Assembly: GCA_964626705.1 (NCBI GenBank)
Contig: CAZVGL010000001.1
Span: 4,441-68,440, forward strand
DNA: 64,000 bases
Reading direction: 5' to 3'
From: an uncultured Candidatus Saccharibacteria bacterium
GTDB taxonomy: Bacteria > Patescibacteriota > Minisyncoccia > Phycocordibacterales > UBA2163
Below the pieces are notes generated by a model that searched no databases, was not told where the DNA came from, and saw only the letters and a list, made by a program, of their open reading frames with translations. This document shows, in pieces, positions 58,206 through 64,000 of the stretch. Made by a program: the position numbers and the translations under genes. Numbering within the stretch: position 1 is the stretch's first letter; each line of letters opens with the position of its first letter.

Positions 58206-59969
58206 ATGAGTAAAAATATTTTTAAAAAAATAATATCCAGTATTCTAACAATCGCAATTTTTGCAATAAGTATTTTTGGTACTTTTAATATTAGTATTAC
58301 AGTTGCCGCAACAAAACCACCAAGGACTCAAGGATTGCCAGGATCAGGGACAAGTGGTAATCGTAATGAAATCATGACAGGGGCTGAAGGGGTAAATGCT
58401 GTTGGGGTAAATACAGCAACTGTGGTAGTTGATCAAGATGTTGTAGGTATGTTGTCACCAGTTGATAAATTAATTGATCAAGATGTTGTAGGTATGTTGT
58501 CACCAGTTGATAAATTAATTGATCAAGATGCTATAGGTATGTTGTCAGCAAATGATGCACAGATAAGTCAAGTAAAAAACAAAACAGCAGGGATTTTAAG
58601 TTCAAACCCTTTTGGAAACAGTATGGTTCCTACAGATGATGTAAAAGATAATTACAAAGAAAGGGTACAAGATTCTATTTGGTCACTTATGGCAAAAAGA
58701 GCTATAAGGATGATCACTACAAGTACTGTAAACTGGATAAATAATGGTTTTCAGGGTGGTCCAGCATATGTAACAGATCTTAACGGTTTTCTTCTTGATG
58801 TTGCAGATGATCAGACTAGTATCTTCATAGAGCGTCTAGGGCTTACAGATCTATGTAGTCCTTGGAAGTTAGACATACGAATTGCATTAGCAATGAGACA
58901 GGCAGCACCGTTTGACAGAGAAATCGCATGTACCCTCTCTGACATTGTGGCAAATATGGATGATTTTATAAATGGAGATTTCTCTCAAGGTGGATGGGCA
59001 GGGTGGTTTGAACTTACTACAAAACCACAAAATAACCCTTATGGACTTTATCTTATGACAGCATCTGAGCTTGACCAAAGGATAGCGGGTACACAACAGC
59101 GACAGACACAAATCCTTGATTGGGGTGATGGATTTCTTTCGTATGAAGAATGTGAAGACTTACCCGAAGGGTTTGGGGGACCACCGCGTTGTGAAATAGT
59201 AACACCGGGGACTGTTATTGAAAATCAATTAGACCATGTTTTGGGTACTGGTGTAAGGCAGTTAGAGCTTGCGGATGAATTTAATGAAGTAATAAATGCT
59301 TTAATGCAACAGCTTGTGGTACAAGTATTTACTGGAGTAGATGGATTGAGGGGTGTAAGTAGAAGTTATGGAGGTAACCCATCGTATACAAACCGTCTTT
59401 CAGCTACTGAAGATAATACTACGATAGGAAATGTCATAGCAAGTTCAGAGCTTGAGTTTGGAAGGGTGTTAAATGAAGAGTTAGTTTACCTGACAGCCAA
59501 AGACGGCTCACTTAAGAGTATTGAGGCGGCAGAAAACAGACTTTCTAGCTTGGTCGCATGTTACGACAATAAACTCGCGGATATCAGTTTGAATTTAACT
59601 ATTAGTGAAAAAACAATAGCTCTTGAGAGGAGAAACAGTGCCTCTTCTACTATAGATACACTCATCACACCGCGTAAGAATATTCTTATCACAGAAATAG
59701 ATTTTTCAAGTAGGGTTATATTGAAATTAGATTCATTGTTAACTAATATGCAAAACGCAACAAATCCAATTCAGCTTCAAGTACCTACAAGTGAGTTAGA
59801 AAGTATGCGCAGACAGGATATTCTAAGAGGTCCATATATATTTTCTGCAGAGCAGGAAAGGGTGGGATTGTTGAGCGAGATGAATGCACTTAACCAAGAT
59901 ACTGAGAATAAAATTACAGAATGTCAGGTATTCCCGCTGCTACCGCAGGGGCAACAGCAGAATCCATAA
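58206..59969 (+). CDS. Secreted protein of the T4SS-like cluster
   Basis: Signal peptide; VNWINNGFQG, GGWAGW, QNNPYG, GDGFLS, IVTPG, ADEFNE. Confidence 0.65.
   Translation: MSKNIFKKIISSILTIAIFAISIFGTFNISITVAATKPPRTQGLPGSGTSGNRNEIMTGAEGVNAVGVNTATVVVDQDVVGMLSPVDKLIDQDVVGMLSPVDKLIDQDAIGMLSANDAQISQVKNKTAGILSSNPFGNSMVPTDDVKDNYKERVQDSIWSLMAKRAIRMITTSTVNWINNGFQGGPAYVTDLNGFLLDVADDQTSIFIERLGLTDLCSPWKLDIRIALAMRQAAPFDREIACTLSDIVANMDDFINGDFSQGGWAGWFELTTKPQNNPYGLYLMTASELDQRIAGTQQRQTQILDWGDGFLSYEECEDLPEGFGGPPRCEIVTPGTVIENQLDHVLGTGVRQLELADEFNEVINALMQQLVVQVFTGVDGLRGVSRSYGGNPSYTNRLSATEDNTTIGNVIASSELEFGRVLNEELVYLTAKDGSLKSIEAAENRLSSLVACYDNKLADISLNLTISEKTIALERRNSASSTIDTLITPRKNILITEIDFSSRVILKLDSLLTNMQNATNPIQLQVPTSELESMRRQDILRGPYIFSAEQERVGLLSEMNALNQDTENKITECQVFPLLPQGQQQNP
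58429..58547 (+). repeat. In-frame 45-bp tandem repeat (about 2.6 copies)
   Basis: Unit TTGATCAAGATGTTGTAGGTATGTTGTCACCAGTTGATAAATTAA = DQDVVGMLSPVDKLI. Confidence 0.95.
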
Positions 59970-60007
59970 AATCTGAATAAAAACAAAATGAAAAAACAAA
60001 AAACAAA

Positions 60008-60538
60008 ATGAAAAAAGCTAAAACAAAAACAAAAATAATCCCAAGTATAGAAATAGAGAGTAAGATTCTATTTATTAGAAACAAAAAAGTAATGCTTGAT
60101 AAAGATTTGGCGGTGCTTTATGGTGTAAAGCCTATTCGTCTAAGAGAGCAGGTAAAAAGAAATAAAGAACGGTTTCCAGAAGATTTTATGTTTCAGATTA
60201 CTAAAGATGAAGCAACTCTCTTGGTATCGCAAAATGCGATACCATCAAAAAAGAGTTTGGGAGGACATTTGCCCTATGTATTTACAGAACATGGTGCGTT
60301 AATGGCAGCAAATGTTATAAAAAGTAAAGCAGCCATAGAGGCAAGTATCGCAATAGTGAGAACCTTTGTAAAGTTAAGAGAAATGATGATGTCATACAAA
60401 GAATTACAAAAGAAGATAGAAGATATGGAGAGAAAATATAGTAAGCATGACAAACATTTTCAGATTATCTTTCAGACAATACAGAAAATGTTGAATCCGA
60501 CAGAACAACCAAAAACCAAAATTGGTTTTGGAACATAG
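60008..60538 (+). CDS. ORF6N-domain DNA-binding protein
   Basis: KVMLDKDLAVLYGV, RNKERFPEDFMFQ, PYVFTEHG, KIGF. Confidence 0.92.
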   Translation: MKKAKTKTKIIPSIEIESKILFIRNKKVMLDKDLAVLYGVKPIRLREQVKRNKERFPEDFMFQITKDEATLLVSQNAIPSKKSLGGHLPYVFTEHGALMAANVIKSKAAIEASIAIVRTFVKLREMMMSYKELQKKIEDMERKYSKHDKHFQIIFQTIQKMLNPTEQPKTKIGFGT

Positions 60539-60546
60539 TATTTACG

Positions 60547-60605
60547 AAAAAGGTCGTTCCTCATCGTGTAGCGAAGCGGAACAGGGAGGTGCGACCTTGA
60601 GGAGC
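60547..60605 (-). repeat. REP/MITE-like family 1 element
   Basis: Reverse strand GCTCCTCAAGGTCGCACCT...GAGGAACGACCTTTTT. Confidence 0.85.
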
Positions 60606-60622
60606 AAATACAAAAAACAAAA

Positions 60623-63022
60623 ATGTTAAAACAAAAACTTTTCAAAAAAATAATCCCGACATTGCTCATAATGGCGGTTTTGCTAACCGGATTTTTTGGT
60701 GTTATTGGTGCAAACGTGGCGCATGCGCAAGGTCCGGATGATTTGTTCAAGAAAGCAGATGAAGTAAAAGCAACTGAAGATGGTGCTGCTAAACCCACTA
60801 ATTCTAATAGTTCTGGAAACTTACGTACAGAATTATTTAAAGAAAAAAATGTTAATACTGTTGGTACTAGTAAAAGTTTACCATTTGACTCAGTATCAAC
60901 AGACGACGACATAGTACAAGACGACATAGTACAAGACAGGGCTGGATGTAAGATATTACGTCTCGATCGATGTGTGATTTCTGTATTTGCTATAATTGGA
61001 AACGCGATGCTAAATATTTTCGCACTATTTACTGGTATTGCTGGATATATATTAGATAGAGCTGTTGATTATACGATCGTTGGTATGGGTAAGCATACAA
61101 GAGATATAGGTGCAATAGAGACAGGTTGGAAGGTGTTTAGAGATCTTTCAAATATAGTGATTATATTCGTCTTGCTTGTCATAGGTATTGCTACAATTCT
61201 TCAGCCCTATCAAGGCTTGGAAAATTATGGCGCAAAGGCGCTCCTCGCTAAGCTCATAGTAGTGGCACTTCTTATAAATTTTAGTTTGTTCTTTACGCAA
61301 GTTATTATTGATTCTAGTAATCTCATATCGCTGCAGTTTTATAATAAAATAACAGAAAAAAGTGTTGTTGTAGGAGGAGAGGATATTGTGATAATAGAAA
61401 CTGTAGGGGAAAAGTATATGCAAGCATTTGGGCTTACTACTTTATATGATGGTAAAGAAATTTTTAAACCAGAAAGATTATCAGGAAAAAATACTTTTTT
61501 GGAGATATTCCTGACATCTGTTTTAGGATCAGTTGTATTCTTAGTTTCTGCTTTTGCATTTCTTGCGGGGGCATTTTTACTCATCAGTAGGTTTGTGGTA
61601 CTTATTTTCCTTATGATACTCGCTCCGCTTGCTTTTGTAGGGATGATATTGCCGTCACTTTCGAAACATGCAAGTAAGTGGTGGGGTGCGCTTATGCGTT
61701 ATGCATTTTTTGCGCCAGCATATATGATACTTACTTGGTTTGTTATAGAGGTTATTAACTCCGATTCTTTTGGGTTAAGTATTGGATTAAATGAAACATC
61801 ATCATTTGCATCAGCTATAACGGGTGGTAATATGGCGATCATATTTAACTTTATAATAGTTATTGCTTTTATAATCGCTTCGGTTTTGATATCAAACTAT
61901 TTTGGGATCATTGGTTCAAATGCAGTTATAAAATGGGGACATGCTGCACGTAAGTTCGGACAAGGTGTTGTCGGGCGAAGCACTATTGGTCTTGGAAGCA
62001 AATACGGAGGGAAAGCGTATGACAGAGGTGCTGCCAAATTTGCAGGCTCAAATCTTGGTAAGATATTGCGTAAAATACCTGGCCTCAAGCAGTTAGGTGC
62101 TATAGGTGATCTGACAGCCAGAAATGTTATAAGTGCGGGAGAGGGTGCAAAGTTTGGAAGTGGTGCATCATATGCTGATATGGACAAAAAATATGAAGCA
62201 AGAAGGAAGGAGATTGCTGAAGTACAGGAAAACCTAAAAGAAAAAGATGCAATTGATGTGATGAGCGACGAGGCTAAGTTTGAAAAGATGTCACCAAAAG
62301 AACAACGAGAGTTTGCGGCAATAGTCGGTAAGATGAGTATTAAAGAGCTTGAGAAGCGTGGTATTAGAGAAAATCTAGCATATCCTGAGATTGCAAAAAA
62401 TCTGTCTACAGATATGTACAGTGCTCTGGACAAGAGTGAGGTGTTTACAAAGCAGCAAGTTGAAGCTATAAAAGACGCAAGATTTGAAGATATTATGACT
62501 CTGTTGAACAGCAAAGATCCTATAAAGCAAGAGAAAGGTAAGAAGATGTTACGGGCGCTTGGCGACAAAGAAATGGAGATATTTGGAAGCAGGCTATATG
62601 AGGCAGGTATGATCGAGATGATTTCACAGTCGCAAGTTGAAGGTATTAAGAAGAGTGCAAAGATAAATAGTAGCCTGAAAAAGCGTGTTCTAGATACAAA
62701 AGAAATGTACTTCAAGGCATTGGTCAGAATGGAAGATGGTAGTCTCGAGAAAGAATTAGATGGTATGAAAATACCTCAAATAGCAAAACTTGATCCAGAT
62801 GTTCTTACTTCAAAAGAAGGTATAAATTTTGTATCAAGAAATGTTTTGGCAGAAATTATAAAAGAATCAACAGCTGAGGACAAGAAAAAGGTAATCGACG
62901 GTGTTGTTAAAGCTTATGACGAAGCCACAGCTCCTGGATCTTCAACTAAAATTTCAAAAGACCTAGAAGATGCATACGAAGCTCTTACTGATAAGACTTT
63001 ACCAATGGCGTTATTTACTTAA
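60623..63022 (+). CDS. VirB6/TrbL-like polytopic membrane protein
   Basis: GWKVFRDLSN, LIVVALLINFSLF, LMILAPLAF, WW motif; long charged C-terminal tail. Confidence 0.75.
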   Translation: MLKQKLFKKIIPTLLIMAVLLTGFFGVIGANVAHAQGPDDLFKKADEVKATEDGAAKPTNSNSSGNLRTELFKEKNVNTVGTSKSLPFDSVSTDDDIVQDDIVQDRAGCKILRLDRCVISVFAIIGNAMLNIFALFTGIAGYILDRAVDYTIVGMGKHTRDIGAIETGWKVFRDLSNIVIIFVLLVIGIATILQPYQGLENYGAKALLAKLIVVALLINFSLFFTQVIIDSSNLISLQFYNKITEKSVVVGGEDIVIIETVGEKYMQAFGLTTLYDGKEIFKPERLSGKNTFLEIFLTSVLGSVVFLVSAFAFLAGAFLLISRFVVLIFLMILAPLAFVGMILPSLSKHASKWWGALMRYAFFAPAYMILTWFVIEVINSDSFGLSIGLNETSSFASAITGGNMAIIFNFIIVIAFIIASVLISNYFGIIGSNAVIKWGHAARKFGQGVVGRSTIGLGSKYGGKAYDRGAAKFAGSNLGKILRKIPGLKQLGAIGDLTARNVISAGEGAKFGSGASYADMDKKYEARRKEIAEVQENLKEKDAIDVMSDEAKFEKMSPKEQREFAAIVGKMSIKELEKRGIRENLAYPEIAKNLSTDMYSALDKSEVFTKQQVEAIKDARFEDIMTLLNSKDPIKQEKGKKMLRALGDKEMEIFGSRLYEAGMIEMISQSQVEGIKKSAKINSSLKKRVLDTKEMYFKALVRMEDGSLEKELDGMKIPQIAKLDPDVLTSKEGINFVSRNVLAEIIKESTAEDKKKVIDGVVKAYDEATAPGSSTKISKDLEDAYEALTDKTLPMALFT

Positions 63023-63029
63023 TAAAAAC

Positions 63030-63608
63030 ATGAGATATACAAAAGAACAAATAAATGAGAGATTCCAAATGCTACCGTCTTCCGTACAAGACGTGGTGTT
63101 GTCTGCAGAAGTTGCAGACGCGATAAAGACTATTGCGGACAAAAATGATCTGTACATAGATACAGCTGGGCTTTTAAACGAGGAGATCACTTACGTCATG
63201 GTCGGTGCAGAAAAGTCTGTTAACTTTATAAGTAATCTAAAGACAAAGGTACATTTGCCAGAAGATAAGGTTAACGCTGTTGCGGGAGATGTAAACGATA
63301 AAATATTTTTACCAATCAGAGAGGCTTTGAAAAATGCAGCAAACAAACCAGCTCAAGATATAGGGCCGGAAACACCAGCCCCGAGCGACTTACAAGAAAA
63401 GGCGATAAGTTTAGAGAATAAGGATAGTCGCCCGCCGTTAACCGAGTCAGAAGAGATAAGAGAGCAGGTCAAAAGAAGTCAAGAAGTGAAACAGACCCCT
63501 GCGCCACCTGCGAACCTTCCTATTGGTGAAGAAAATAAGATAAAAGAAAAGCATATACAGAAGCAAAGTCCATATGCCAAAGACCCGTATCGTGAACCAC
63601 TTAAATAA
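63030..63608 (+). CDS. Hypothetical protein of the T4SS-like cluster
   Basis: IFLPIREAL and terminal DPYREP; start moved to ATG 63030. Confidence 0.65.
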   Translation: MRYTKEQINERFQMLPSSVQDVVLSAEVADAIKTIADKNDLYIDTAGLLNEEITYVMVGAEKSVNFISNLKTKVHLPEDKVNAVAGDVNDKIFLPIREALKNAANKPAQDIGPETPAPSDLQEKAISLENKDSRPPLTESEEIREQVKRSQEVKQTPAPPANLPIGEENKIKEKHIQKQSPYAKDPYREPLK

Positions 63609-63614
63609 AAAAAT

Positions 63615-64000
63615 ATGCGATTTCAAGTACCACAATTCATCGAAGTAGAAGATAAGATTTTCGGGCCACTAACCTTGAGGCAATTTATTTATCTTGCGGG
63701 AGCAGGTGGTGTGGTGTTTGTGCTCTGGAGAGTCTTTCCTATATTTATCGCTGTACTCATCGCCGCTCCTATTATAGTTCTTGCTCTAGCTCTAGCCTTT
63801 TATAAGATAAACAAAAGACCATTTGTGTTTGTTTTGGAATCAGCATTTAAATATATAATTAGTAATAGGTTATATATATGGAAGAGTAAGGATCTAAGGC
63901 AAATAAAGAAAGAGAAAAAGAAAGACCCAGCACTACAAGGATCACAAGTACAAGTACCCAAACTTTCAGGAAGCAAGCTCAAGGATATTGCATGGAGTCT
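63615..64000 (+). CDS. prgI: PrgI-family protein (partial, runs off window)
   Basis: MRFQVPQFIEVEDKIFGPLTLRQFIYLAG, two TMs, INKRPF. Confidence 0.85.
   Translation, partial: MRFQVPQFIEVEDKIFGPLTLRQFIYLAGAGGVVFVLWRVFPIFIAVLIAAPIIVLALALAFYKINKRPFVFVLESAFKYIISNRLYIWKSKDLRQIKKEKKKDPALQGSQVQVPKLSGSKLKDIAWS

Noticed and set aside
61897-62715. Long antisense ORFs (also 31996-32646, 17073-17585, 5228-5833, 19609-20199)
   Set aside because: Shadow frames of well-supported genes, Ser/Phe/Ile-rich as expected from reversed Lys/Glu codons
1-64000. CRISPR array
   Set aside because: No regularly spaced direct repeats with unique spacers and no cas genes; the repeats are dispersed palindromes or coding tandem repeats

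Overview
AT-rich chromosome segment of a small-genome bacterium. Gene content suggests Patescibacteria/CPR (probably Parcubacteria; inference from the single Xer recombinase, short HolA, TrmB and tandem Lrp regulators, and a VirB6/PrgI cluster). It spans the replication origin (dnaN-oriC-dnaA-rpmH-rnpA), with a parS cluster about 9 kb away. It also carries repair, recombination and translation genes, five tRNAs, two type II toxin-antitoxin pairs, a PilB ATPase and the start of a T4SS-like cluster. Signals not explained by the gene list: (1) a dispersed family of about 10 bipartite REP/MITE-like elements built on AGGT-NNN-(A/T)CCT, plus a second palindrome family bracketing ruvB and in-frame palindromes inside rsmA; (2) two expression regimes, with apparently leaderless core genes versus orphan cassettes that have a TTGACA promoter, Shine-Dalgarno and terminator, several sharing a TCTCTTGAAAGGAGA leader hairpin and one forming a shared-leader array with an exact 662-bp duplication; (3) a candidate five-way-junction ncRNA at 18332-18479, a fold-back copy of the tRNA-Lys 3' end, an mRNA with 5'/3' end pairing, and two stand-alone acidic microproteins. 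All calls were made by eye from the sequence; no searches or folding programs were run.
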